Below, in pieces: positions 48,701-61,821 of a DNA stretch of 64,000 nucleotides. The position numbers and the translations under genes were made by a program. This DNA is from Octopus sinensis (lineage: Eukaryota), in NCBI RefSeq assembly GCF_006345805.1, contig NC_043004.1:75268001-75332000 (forward strand), in the 5' to 3' direction. Each line of letters starts with the position of its first letter. Positions within the stretch are counted from its first letter, which is position 1. The notes beneath the pieces were generated by a model. That model searched no databases and had not been told where the DNA came from. It worked only from the letters and a program-made list of their open reading frames with translations.

Positions 48701-51700
48701 ACAAGTGTTGGCTATAGAGCTCTGGACAAGTGTTGGCCATGGAGCTCTAAACAAGAGTTGGCTATGGAGCTCTGAACAAGTGTTGGTCATGGAGCCCTAA
48801 ACAAGTGTTGTCCATGGAGCTCTAAACAAGTGTTGGCTATGGAGCTATACAATGTGTTGGCCATTGAGCTCTACAATGTGTTGGACATGGAGCTCTAAAC
48901 AAGCGGTGACAATGGAGGTCTACAATGTGTTGGCCATGGAGCTCTAAACAAGTGTTGACCATGGAGCTCTAAACAAGTGTTGGCCATGCAGATCTAAACA
49001 AGTGTTGGCCATGGAGCTCTAAACAAGAGTTGGCCATGAGGCTCTAAACAAGTGTTGTCCATGGAGCACTAAACAAGAGTTGGCCATGGAGCTCTAAGCA
49101 AGTGTTGGCCATGGAGCTCTAAACACGTGTTCGCTATGGAGCTCTGAGCAAGAGTTGACCATGGAGCTCTAAACAAGTTCTGGCCATGGAGTTCTAAACA
49201 AGTGTTAGCTATAGAGCCCTGGACAAGTGTTGGCCATGGAGCTCTGAACAAGTGTTGGCCATGGAGCTCTAAACAAGTGTTGGCCATGGAGCTCTGAACA
49301 AGTTTTGGCCATGGAGCTCTAAACAAGAGTTGGCCATGGAGCTCTGAACAAGTGTTGGCCATGGAGCTCTAAACAAGTGTTGGCCATGGAGCTCTGAACA
49401 AGTTTTGGCCATGGAGCTCTAAACAAGAGTTGGCTATGGAGCTCTAAACAAGTGTTGGCCATGGAGCTCTGAACAAGTGTTGGCCATGGAGCTCTAAACA
49501 AGTGTTGGCCATGGAGCTCTGAACAAGTGTTGCCATCGAGCTCTAAACAAGTGTTGGCCATGGAGCTCTAAACAAGAGTTGGCTATGGAGCTCAAAACAA
49601 GTGTTGGCCATGGAGCTCTGAACAAGTTTTGGCCATGGAGCTCTAAACAAGTGTTGGCCATGGATCTCTAAACAAGTGTTGGTCATGGAGCTCTAAACAA
49701 GTGTTGACTATGGAGCTCTGAACAAGTGTTGGCCATGGAGCGCTAATCAAGTGTTGTCATGTAGCTCTAAACAAGTGTTGGCCATGGAGCCCTAAACAAG
49801 TGTTGTCCATGGAGCTCTAAACAAGTGTTGGCTATGGAGCTCTAAACAAGAGTTGGCTATGGAGCTCTAAACAAGTGTTGGCCATGGAGCTCTGAACAAG
49901 TGTTGGCCATGGAGCTCTAAACAAGTGTTGGCCATGGAGCTCTGAACAAGTGTTGGCCATGGAGCTCTAAACAAGTGTTGGCCATGGAGCTCTGGACAAG
50001 TGTTGGTCATGGAGCTCTAAACAAGAGTTGGCTATGGAGCTCTAAACAAGTGTTGGCCATGGAGCTCTGAACAAGTTTTGGCCATGGAGCTCTAAACAAG
50101 TGTTGGCCATGGATCTCTAAACAATTGTTGCCCATGGAGCTCTAAACAAGTGTTGGTTATGGAGATCGAAACAAGTGTTGTCCATGGAGCTCTCGAATGT
50201 GTTGGCTATGGAGTTCTAAACAAGTGTTAGCCATGCAGCCCTAAACAAGTGTTGGCCATGGAGCACCAAACAAGTTTTGGCCATGGAGCTCTAAACATGT
50301 GTTCGGTATGGAACTCTGAACAAGTGTTGGCTATGGAGCTCTACAATGTGTTGGCCATGGAGCTCTAAATAAGTGTTGGCCATGGAGCTCTAAACAAGTG
50401 TTGGCCATGGAGCTCTACAATGTGTTGGCCATGGAGCTCTAAATAAGTGTTGGCCATGGAGCTCTAAACAAGTGTTGGCCATGGAGCTTTACAATGTGTT
50501 GGCCATGGAGCTGTAAACATGTGTTGAGCATGGAGCTCTAAACAAGTGTTGACCGTGGAGCTCTAAACAGGTGTTGGCAATGGAACGCTAATCAAGTGTT
50601 GGCTATGGAGCTCTAAATAAGTGTTGGCTATGGAGCTCTAAACAAGTGTTGGCCATGGAGCTCTACAATGTGTTGGCCATGGAGCTGTAAACAAGTGTTG
50701 AGCATGGAGCTCTAAACAAGTGTTGGCCATGGAGCTCTACAATGTGTTGGCAATGGAGCGCTAATCAAGTGTTGTCCATAGAGCTCTAAACAAGTGTTGA
50801 CCATAGAGCTCTAAACAAGTGTTGGATATGGAGCTCTGAACAAGTGTTGCCCACGGAGCTCTGAACAAATGTGGGACAGGGAGGTCTAAACAAGTGTTGG
50901 CCAGGGAGCTCCAAAAAAAGTGTTGGCCATGGAGCTCTAAACAAGTGTTGGTCATGGAGCTCTAAACAAGTGTTGGTCATGGAGCTCTAAACAAGTGTTG
51001 GTCATGGAGCTCTAAACAAGTGTTGGTCATGGAGCTCTAAACAAGTGTTGGACATGGAGCTCTAAACGAGTGATGGTTATGGTGCTCTGACAAGTGTTGG
51101 CCATGGAAGTCTAAACACGTTTTGGCTATGGAGTTCTGAATATGTGTTGGCCATGGAGCTCTACAATGTGTTGGCCATGGAGCTCTACATTGTGTTGGCC
51201 ATGGAGCTCTAAACAAGTGTTGGCCATGGAGCTTTCGAATGTGTTGGCCATGGAGTTCTAAACAATTGTTGGCCATGGAGCTCTCAAAAAGTGTTTGCCA
51301 TGGAGCTCTAAACAAGTGTTGGCCATGGAGCCCTAAACAAGTGTTGGCTATGGAGCTCTAAACAAGTGTTGGCCATGGAGCTCTAAACAAGTGTTGGCCA
51401 TGGAGCTCTGAACAAGTGTTGGTCATGGAGTCCTAAACAAGTGTTGGCCATGGATCTCTAAACAATTGTTGCCCATGGAGCTCTAAACAAGTGTTGACTA
51501 TGGAGCTCTGAAGAAGTGTTGGCTATGGAGATCGAAACAAGTGTTAGCCATGCAGCCCTAAACAAGTGTTGGCCATGGATCACTAAACAAGTGTTGGCCA
51601 TGGAGCCCTAAACAAGTGTTGTCCATGGAGCTCTAAACAAGTGTTGGCCATGGATCTCTAAACAAGTGTTGACCATGGAGCTCTAAACAAGTATTGACCA

Positions 51701-54700
51701 TGGAGCTCTAAACAAGTGTTGACCATGGAGCTCTAAACAAGTGTTGGCCATGGAGCACTAAACAAGTGTTGGCCATGGAGCCCTAAACAAGTGTTGGCCA
51801 TGGAGCACTAAACAAGTGTTGGCCATGGAGCTCTAAACATGTGTTGGGTATGGAGCTCTGAACAAGTGTTGGCGATGGAGCTCTACAATGTGTTGGCCAT
51901 GGAGCTCTAAATAAGTGTTGGCCATGGAGCTCTAAACAAGTGTTGGCCATGGAACTCTACAATGTGTTGGCCATGGAGCTGTAAACAAGTGTTGAGCATG
52001 GAGCTCTAAACAAGTGTTGACCGTGGAGCTCTAAACAGGTGTTGGCAATGGAGCGCTAATCAAGTGTTGGCTATGGAGCTCTAAATAAGTGTTGGCCATG
52101 GAGCTCTAAACAAGTGTTGGCCATGGAGCTCTACAATGTGTTGGCCATGGAGCTGTAAACAAGTGTTGAGCATGGAGCTCTAAACAAGTGTTGACTGTGG
52201 AGCTCTACAATGTGTTGGCAATGGAGCGCTAATCAAGTGTTGTCCATAGAGCTCTAAACAAGTGTTGAACATAGAGCTCTAAACAAGTGTTGGATATGGA
52301 GCTCTGAACAAGTGTTGCCCACGGAGCTCTGAAAAATGTGGGCCAGGGAGGTCTAAACAAGTGTTGGCCAGGGAGCTCCAAAAAAAGTGTTGGCCATGGA
52401 GCTCTAAACAAGTGTTGGTCATGGAGCTCTAAACAAGTGTTGGTCATGGAGCTCTAAACAAGTGTTGGTCATGGAGCTCTAAACAAGTGTTGGTCATGGA
52501 GCTCTAAACAAGTGTTGGACATGGAGCTCTAAACGAGTGATGGTTATGGTGCTCTGACAAGTGTTGGCCATGGAAGTCTAAACACGTTTTGGCTATGGAG
52601 TTCTGAATATGTGTTGGCCATGGAGCTCTACAATGTGTTGGCCATGGAGCTCTACATTGTGTTGGCCATGGAGCTCTAAACAAGTGTTGGCCATGGAGCT
52701 TTCGAATGTGTTGGCCATGGAGTTCTAAACAATTGTTGGCCATGGAGCTCTCAAAAAGTGTTTGCCATGGAGTTCTAAACAAGTGTTGGCCATGGAGCTC
52801 TAAACAAGTGTTGGCCATGGAGCCCTAAACAAGTGTTGGCTATGGAGCTCTAAACAAGTGTTGGCCATGGAGCTCTAAACAAGTGTTGGCCATGGAGTTC
52901 TGAACAAGTGTTGGTCATGGAGTCCTAAACAAGTGTTGTCCATGGAGCTCTCAACAAGTGTTTGCTATGGAGCTCTAAACATGTGTTGGCTATGGAGCTC
53001 TGAACAATTGTTGGCCATGGAGCTCTAAACAAGTGTTGGCCATGGATCTCTAAACAATTGTTGCCCATGGAGCTCTAAACAAGTGTTGACTATGGAGCTC
53101 TGAACAAGTGTTGTCTATGGAGATCGAAACAAGTGTTAGCCATGCAGCCCTAAACAAGTGTTGGCCATGGATCACTGAACAAGTGTTGGCCATGGAGACC
53201 TAAACAAGTGTTGTCCATGGAACTCTAAACAAGTGTTGGCCATGGAGCTCTCAACAAGTGTTTGCTATGGAGCTCTAAACAAGTGTTGGCCATGGAGCTC
53301 TCAACAAGTTTTGCCATGGAACTCTAAACAAGTGTTGGCTATGGAGCTCTAAAGAAGTGTTGAGCATGGAGCTCTAAACAAGTATTGACCATGGAGCTCT
53401 AAACAAGTGTTGGCCATGGATCTCTAAACAAGTGTTGAGCATGGAGCTCTAAACAAGTATTGACCATGGAGCTCTAAACAAGTGTTGACCATGGAGCTCT
53501 AAAGAAGTGTTGGCCATGGAGCACTAAACAAGTGTTGGCCATGGAGCCCTAAACAAGTGTTGGCTATGGAGCTCTAAACAAGTGTTGGCTATGGAGCTCT
53601 AAACAATTGTTGGCCATGGAGCTCTAAAGAATTGTTGGTCATGGATCTCTAAACAAGTGTTGACCATGGAGCTCTAAACAAGTGTTGACCATGGAGCTGT
53701 AAACAAGTGTTGGCCATGGAGCTCTGAACAAGTTTTGCCATGGAGCTCTAAACAAGTGTTGGCTATGGATTTCTAAACAATTGTTGCCCATGGAACTCTA
53801 AACAAGTGCTAACTATGGAGCTCTGAACAAGTGTTTGGTATGGAGCTCTAAACAAGTGTTGGCCATGGAACTCTAAACAAGTGTTGACTATGGAGCTCTG
53901 AACAAGTGTTGGCTATGGAGCTCTGAACAAGTGTTGGCTATGGAGATCGAAACAAGTGTTGCCATGGAGCTCTCGAATGTGTTGGCTATGGAGTTCTAAA
54001 CAAGTGTTAGCCATGTAGCTCTAAACAAGTGTTGGCCATGGACCTCTAAACAAGTGTTGGCTATGGAGCTCTGAACAAGAGTTAGCCATGGAGCTCTAAA
54101 AAAGTGTTGTCTATGGAGTTCTGAACAAGTGTTGTCCATTGAGCTCTGCAATGTTTTGACCATGGCGCTCTACAATGTGTTGGCCATGGAGCTCTAAACA
54201 AGTGTTGGCCATGGTGCTCTAAACAAGTGTTGGCCATGGTGCTCTAAACAATTGTTGGCCTTGGAGCTCTACAATGTGTTAGCCATGGAGCTGTAAACAA
54301 GTGTTGAAACTGGAGCTCTAAACAAGTATTGACCATGGAGCTCTGAACAAGTGTTGGCCATGGAGCTCTAAACAAGTGTTGGCTATGGAGCTCTAAACCA
54401 GTGTTGGACATGGAGCTCTACATTGTGTTGGACATGGAGCTCTAAACAAGTGTTGTCCATGTAGCTTTAAACAAGTGTTGGCCATGGAGCACTAAACAAG
54501 TGTCGGCTATGGAGCCCTAAACAAGTGTTGGCCATGGAGCTCTGAACAAGTTTTGGCCATGGAGCTCTAAACAATTGTTGGCCATGGATCTCTAAACAAG
54601 TGTTGGCCATGGAGCTCTAAACAAGTGTTGACTATGGAGCTCTGAACAAGTGTTGGCCATGGAGATTGAAACAAGTGTTGGCCATGGAGCTCTTGAATGT

Positions 54701-57653
54701 GTTGGCCATGGAGTTCTAAACAAGTTTTGACCATGGAGCTCTAAACAAGTGTTGGCCATGGAGCTCTGAACAAGTTTCTGCCATGGAGCTGTAAACAAGT
54801 GTCGTCCATGGAGCTGTAAACAAGTGTTGGCCATGGAGCTCTAAACAAGCATTGGCCATGGAGCTCTAAACAAGCATTGGCCATGGAGCTCTAAACAAGT
54901 GTTGGCCATGGAGCTCTAAACAAGCATTGGCCATGGAGCTCTAAACAAGCATTGGCCATGGAGCTCTAAACAAGTGTTGGCCATGGAGCTCTAAACAAGC
55001 ATTGGCCATGGAGCTCTAAACAAGTGTTGGCCATGGAGCTCTAAACAAGATTGGCCATGGAGCTCTAAACAAGCATTGGCCATGGAGCTCTAAACAAGCA
55101 TTGGCCATGGAGCTCTAAACAAGTGTTGGCCATGGAGCTCTAAACAAGCATTGGCCATGGAGCTCTAAACAAGCATTGGCCATGGAGCTCTAAACAAGTG
55201 TTGGCCATGGAGCTCTAAACAAGCATTGGCCATGGAGCTCTAAACAAGTGTTGGCCATGGAGCTCTAAACAAGCATTGGCCATGGAGCTCTAAACAAGCA
55301 TTGGCCATGGAGCTCTAAACAAGTGTTGGCCATGGAGCTCTAAACAAGCATTGGCCATGGAGCTCTAAACAAGCATTGGCCATGGAGCTCTAACAAGCAT
55401 TGGCCATGGAGCTCTAAACAAGTGTTGGCCATGGAGCTCTAAACAAGCATTGGCCATGGAGCTCTAAACAAGCATTGGCCATGGAGCTCTAAACAAGTGT
55501 TGGCCATGGAGCTCTAAACAAGCATTGGCCATGGAGCTCTAAACAAGTGTTGGCCATGGAGCTCTAAACAAGCATTGGCCATGGAGCTCTAAACAAGCAT
55601 TGGCCATGGAGCTCTAAACAAGTGTTGGCCATGGAGCTCTAAACAAGCATTGGCCATGGAGCTCTAAACAAGCATTGGCCATGGAGCTCTAAACAAGTGT
55701 TGGCCATGGAGCTCTAAACAAGCATTGGCCATGGAGCTCTAAACAAGTGTTGGCCATGGAGCTCTAAACAAGCATTGGCCATGGAGCTCTAAACAAGCAT
55801 TGGCCATGGAGCTCTAAACAAGCATTGGCCATGGAGCTCTAAACAAGTGTTGGCCATGGAGCTCTAAACAAGCATTGGCCATGGAGCTCTAAACAAGCAT
55901 TGGCCATGGAGCTCTAAACAAGTGTTGGCCATGGAGCTCTAAACAAGCATTGGCCATGGAGCTCTAAACAAGTGTTGGCCATGGAGCTCTAAACAAGCAT
56001 TGGCCATGGAGCTCTAAACAAGCATTGGCCATGGAGCTCTAAACAAGCATTGGCCATGGAGCTCTAAACAAGCATTGGCCATGGAGCTCTAAACAAGTGT
56101 TGGCCATGGAGCTCTAAACAAGCATTGGCCATGGAGCTCTAAACAAGTGTTGGCCATGGAGCTCTAAACAAGCATTGGCCATGGAGCTCTAAACAAGTGT
56201 TGGCCATGGAGCTCTAAACAAGCATTGGCCATGGAGCTCTAAACAAGTGTTGGCCATGGAGCTCTAAACAAGCATTGGCCATGGAGCTCTAAACAAGTGT
56301 TGGCCATGGAGCTCTAAACAAGCATTGGCCATGGAGCTCTAAACAAGTGTTGGCCATGGAGCTCTGAACAAGTTTCTGCCATGGAGCTGTAAACAAGTGT
56401 CGTCCATGGAGCTCTAAACAAGTGTTGCCATGGAGCTCTAAACAAGCATTGGCCATGGAGCTCTAAACAAATATTGGCCATGGAGCTCTAAACAAGTGTT
56501 GGCCATGGAGCTCTAAACAAGCATTGGCCATGGAGCTCTAAACAAGCATTGGCCATGGAGCTCTAAACAAGTGTTGGCCATGGAGCTCTAAACAAGCATT
56601 GGCCATGGAGCTCTAAACAAGTGTTGGCCATGGAGCTCTAAACAAGCTTGGCCATGGAGCTCTAAACAAGCATTGGCCATGGAGCTCTAAACAAGCATTG
56701 GCCATGGAGCTCTAAACAAGTGTTGGCCATGGAGCTCTAAACAAGCATTGGCCATGGAGCTCTAAACAAGTGTTGGCTATAGCACTCTAAACAAGTGTTG
56801 GCCATGGAGCTCTAAACAAGCATTGGCCATGGAGCTCTAAACAAGCATTGGCCATGGAGCTCTAAACAAGCATTGGCCATGGAGCTCTAAACAAGCATTG
56901 GCCATGGAGCTCTAAACAAGTGTTGGCCATGGAGCTCTAAACAAGCATTGGCCATGGAGCTCTAAACAAGTGTTGGCCATGGAGCTCTAAACAAGCATTG
57001 GCCATGGAGCTCTAAACAAGTGTTGGCCATGGAGCTCTAAACAAGTGTTGGCCATGGAGCCTCTAAACAAGTGTTGGCATGGAGCTCTAAAAAAGTGTTG
57101 GCCATGGAGCTCTAAACAAGTGTTGGCCATGGAGCTCTAAACAAGTGTTGGCCATGGAGCTCTAAACAAGCATGGCCATGGAGCTCTAAACAAGCATTGG
57201 CCATGGAGCTCTAAACAAGTGTTGGCCATGGAGCTCTAAACAAGTGTTGGCCATGGAGCTCTAAACAAGTGTTGGCCATGGAGCTCTAAACAAGTGTTGG
57301 CCATGGAGCTCTAAACAAGTGTTGGCCATGGAGCTCTAAACAAGTATTGGCCATGGAGCTCTAAACAAGCATTGGCCATGGAGCTCTAAACAAGTGTTGG
57401 TACGGAATTTGAAATTGCAATCAACCCTCACAAATAGCTCTTTCTTGCTGTTGACTTGTTCACACGCTTCAACAATTCTTTGAAGATGTCCTTGATCGTG
57501 AATATTTTCAGAATACAAAATGGATTTAATTAAACCCAGGAAGAAAAATCCTTGGGTGTTAAATATGGTGACTGGGGTGCCCATTCAATTGGCCCGTGAC
57601 AACTGAGAATGTTAGCATATTGCAGAATCGTGCATGACCTTATTGTTCCCCTG
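42772..57653 (-). mobile_element. Internally deleted Tc1/mariner-superfamily (DDxD) transposon relic interrupted by the satellite
   Basis: TA at 42770-71 and 57654-55. Degenerate TIRs: 17 of 29 positions identical without gaps, including the TA. Minus-strand peptide GPIEWAPQSPYLTPKDF/FFLGLIKSILY…RIVEACEQV…NFKFRTNTCLELHGQ continues past the array as HGQHFEHL* (TAA at 42844-46). Confidence 0.8.
42859..57400. repeat. ~14.5 kb tandem satellite, 25-bp unit GGCCATGGAGCTCTAAACAAGTGTT (some 23-24 bp variants)
   Basis: Direct reading; roughly 580 units by length. Confidence 0.98.
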
Positions 57654-57807
57654 TATAAGCAGTAACTTTATGCAAGATTGAATTCATGATCACAGTCCCG
57701 TTCCATTGTAACGTACTGGCACCACTAAATCCTTGGTGATTAAATAAATCAAAATTATAAATTAAAATAAAAATAAAAATTAAAATAAATCAAATATTTA
57801 TACTTAC

Positions 57808-57988
57808 CCTTTGTAAGGATGGCAAACAATTGAGCGTGCAGATGTTTCGTTGCTAATGATTACTCGCTTGTCCTCTGCATTATCAATACGTACAACTGTA
57901 ATCCCGAGACGATTAGCCACATATAAATTGCGAAGCATCCAGTCCACTGAAATATCACTTACATAATCGTGGGACACTAGCTTCAACT
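57808..57988 (-). CDS. LRP2: LRP2/megalin-like exon (propeller)
   Basis: ttttag|AG TTG AAG…TAC AAA GG|gtaagt; 181 nt, phase 1/2; LKLVSHDYVSDISVDWMLRNLYVANRLGITVVRIDNAEDKRVIISNETSARSIVCHPYK(G). In frame with exon 24721-24891. Confidence 0.88.
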
Positions 57989-58029
57989 CTAAAATAAAGG
58001 AAATTCAGAATAGCATTTTAGAAAGACTT

Positions 58030-58161
58030 GTAACAGATATTGTTGTATTTAGAAATGGTCATGTTGCCAGTTTAGCCAATAAAAACACGCACTAAATACA
58101 ACAATATCTGTTTCAGCACACGATTTCACATCAAGAATCTTGAAAAACAAATATATAAACG
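58030..58161. mobile_element. PLE family A terminal fragment with a small inversion
   Basis: acagatattgttgtatttag (58033) is inverted at 58092. Confidence 0.7.
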
Positions 58162-58254
58162 CAACTTGAATAAATGTTTTCATTCAGTATGATATTGTTG
58201 TTAAAAGGAGCAGAACAAAGTCCATAGATTCTCCAAAGTTATTGCAAAATTCTA

Positions 58255-58460
58255 CTCTAGGGACAAAGCCGAAATTTTTTGGGGAAGGGGCCTGTTGATT
58301 AGGTCTACCCCAGTATGCAACTGGTACTTAATTTATTGACACCGAAAGGAGGAAAGGTAAAGTCAACCTCGGCAGATTTTGAACTCAGAACGTAAAGACA
58401 GACGAAATACCGCTAAGCATTTTGCCCCGTGTGCTAACATTTCTGCCAGCACACCACCTT
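58255..58460 (-). mobile_element. tRNA-derived SINE (third family); a degenerate plus-strand copy begins at ~63918
   Basis: aaagtcaacctcggcagattttgaactcagaacgtaaagacagacgaaataccgctaagcatt. Confidence 0.75.
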
Positions 58461-58499
58461 AAAGCTATTGTAATATATCACCATCATCATTTCACGATT

Positions 58500-59030
58500 C
58501 AGTGTGCAAGAGAGGAGACTCTACTGGTTCAGTCATGGGATGCAGATGGATGCTGACAGCTCCATAAAGAAGTGCCATTCACTCAAAGTAGATGGAACTC
58601 GTAGAAGTGGGAGATCCAAGAAGACATGGGACCAAAGTACTAAATGATGACCTCAGAACACTGAATCTTTTGGATGAGATGACAATGGACAGAGATACCT
58701 GTCACTTTGCTATAATCAAGAAGATCCGTTCTCCACAGCAGAAATGTTAAGGCCACATGTCTGGTGAAGGGGATTAGCCTGGAAGGGTGCTATGTTGGTG
58801 CCGCGTAAAACATGCTTATGCTGGTGCCACATAGTAAGCACTTGTGCTGGTGGCACATTAAAAGCACCCAGCACACAGTGCAAAGTGGCTGATTGTAGAA
58901 ACCAAGCCAAATCAGAGTGGAACAGACTGATGCAGCTTCCCATCTTGGCACCTCTGCTCAAACCATCCTACCCAGGCTAGCATGGAAAACCAACATTAAA
59001 GAAGGATGATGTTGATGCTGATGATGGTGA
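58500..59030 (+). mobile_element. Old RTE 3' end (RT C-terminus plus tail)
   Basis: VQERRLYWFSH…KKCHSLKVDGTRRSGRSKKTW, then a degenerate RTE-type tail. Confidence 0.7.
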
Positions 59031-60035
59031 CTTTTCATGCTCGCATAAGTCAGATGAAGATATTTAGCAGTAGAGAACTTTCTATGGCCAGATGACAATC
59101 CCTACTTTCTTCCAAGCTAGGTAACAATCTGCCAGTCAATTGAAAGACAGACAGCTTGAGAGAAATATGAATTCAGCCACAGAAAAACACACACACACAC
59201 ACATACATACAAAAATACATACATACCATACACACATAATATATATCATTTCTTACAGGAGGGAATTGTAGTTCGCTTGAAGCATTGTGTATTGTTTGTA
59301 AAGAATAAAGTGTTTTGAATGGCACAGCAATGCACTATAATAACAACAAGTGACTATAATAACTGGTGTAATTTAATCATCCATAGTCTAATATAATATT
59401 TCGGAACATAAAAATTCCACTGCTGAGATGCTTCCAAAAGAAAAAAAAGCCGTTGGAAAACCGATTATAGCAGCGACTCCATCAATTCCTAGGGATATCT
59501 GAAGAAGGAATTTTATATTCTGAAATATCATATCAGACTATGGAGGATTAAATTGTTGTACCATTCAAAACACTATATTCTTTATAATTTCTCATATATA
59601 TGTCAATATATACAATTTACAATGTACACACAAGTAATCACGAGTTTAAAATGGTGTATAATAGACATATGTATGTATATATGTATGTACGTACATATGT
59701 ATGTGTATGTATGTATATATATATATATGCATGAGTGTGTGTCTCTGTGTAAGTTCTTTTTGCAATGGACAGAAGAAAAGCCACCTACCCTGTCTCCCTT
59801 AAAGCTACGTATTCTTCACACCCACCTTTCTCTGTGTGTGTGAGTTGTATCTATATATTTACGAAAGTATGTATGCAGCATCACGTGTACATGACAGCTA
59901 TAATAACATTACCATCCCATTCTTACCACTGTTCTCACTTCACTGATAGAAGTCATCCTCCCTCTCTAATACTACCTCAGAATTATAATTTTGCAACCTT
60001 CTCATTTTATCACATAATTTGCCGAACACCCCTGG

Positions 60036-60186
60036 GGGCACATAGACTTTTATTGAAATCCAATGACCCTATTATTGAACTGGATGTTAGTGTCACATGT
60101 ATGCAAAGTTTCATGAATATTGGCTTGGTGGTTTAGGCACTAAATTCGAAACAAACAGCCAGACAGACACACACAGAGACAGAAAT

Positions 60187-60279
<93 letters not shown>

Positions 60280-60435
60280 CATATATATATATAATATATA
60301 CATATATATATATATATACATATATATACATATAAATACATATATATACATATATATATATATATACATATATATACATATATATATATATACATATATA
60401 TATATACATATATATATACATATATATATACATAT

Positions 60436-60496
<61 letters not shown>

Positions 60497-60681
60497 TGAT
60501 CAAAATAAAAACATGATGCCAAGGATTTTGATCAATTTACTCCACCACCTACACCACCAAACGGTATACACAGGTGCTTATAATTATCAAGTACTCACCC
60601 CGAATTTCTATATATATATATACGTATATATATACATATATATTCATATATATATATACATTATATATATATATATATATA

Positions 60682-60776
<95 letters not shown>

Positions 60777-61120
60777 CACAAACACACGCACACACACATC
60801 TATCTATCTTTCTATTTTTATTATTTGTTTCAATCATTTGACTTCACCCATGCTGGAGGCACATAGACTTTTATTGAAATCCAATTAGCCTATTATTGAA
60901 CTGGATGTTAGTGTCACATGTATGCAAAGTTTCATGAATATTGGCTTGGTGGTTTAGGCACTAAGTTCGAAACAAACAGCCAGACAGACACACACACAGA
61001 TAGAAATTGCCATATATATATATATATATACATACACAAACACACACACATACACATCTATCTATCTTTGTCTCTATTTTTATTATTTGTTTCAATCATT
61101 TAACTTCACCCATGCTGGAG
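60036..61120. repeat. Local tandem duplication (A-B-A'-B') separated by (TA)n
   Basis: A at ~60036-60195 and ~60858-61015; B at ~60770-60858 and ~61040-61120. Confidence 0.85.
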
Positions 61121-61299
61121 CACTGCAGTGAAGAGCTTTAGTCTAAAGGAAACGACCCTAATGCCAAATCACTAATGTATAAGAATGTAAACACACCAAC
61201 ACTGGTTGTCAAGTGGTTATGAGGTGGGGCAAACACAGACACAAAGACACGCATACACATACAGATATATATGCATACACACATATATGCATACACACA

Positions 61300-61680
61300 T
61301 ATATGAGTACCCCTCGTTCATTGGACGATGAACTTTGCTTGCAAAGACCTATTGAGGCAAGTGAAAACAAATCAAAATCACTGAGGTGACTGATGACAGT
61401 GCCGCCTGATTGGCACTCGTGCCAATGGAACATTAAAAGCACACCCGTGCGTGATCATTGCCAGGGCCATGGATTGGCTCCCATGCCAGTGGCATATGAA
61501 AAGCACCCGCTACACTCCCAGAGTGGGTGGCATTAGGAAGAGCATCCAGCTGTAGAAACTCTGCCAAATCAGACTGAACCTTGTGCAGCTTTTGGCTTGC
61601 CAGTCCTTAGTCAAACCGTCAAACCCATTCCAGCATGAAAAGCGGATGTTAATCGATAATAATAATGATGATGATGATGA
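61300..61680 (+). mobile_element. SINE with RTE-type 3' tail
   Basis: …ccagcatgaaaagcggatgttaat…(GAT)n. Confidence 0.7.
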
Positions 61681-61682
61681 TA

Positions 61683-61719
<37 letters not shown>

Positions 61720-61821
61720 TATATATATATATATATATATACACCTATTATTATAATGGGTAATACTACATGTCCTATTTATATTTTTTATTTTGTGATG
61801 TAATCTTTGGACCAACAATGT

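Noticed and set aside
42859-57400. CRISPR-like array, or coding repeats (ANTCLELHGQHLFRAPWPTLVQSSM ORFs)
   Set aside because: There are no unique spacers and no cas genes, and the context is eukaryotic. The ORFs arise because a 25-nt unit cycles through three frames and one variant removes the TAG.
59400-59530. MLPKEKKAVGKPIIAATPSIP resembling the Penelope RT LPKIHK…RPIIS motif
   Set aside because: Too short and degenerate, with an immediate stop, to support without a search.
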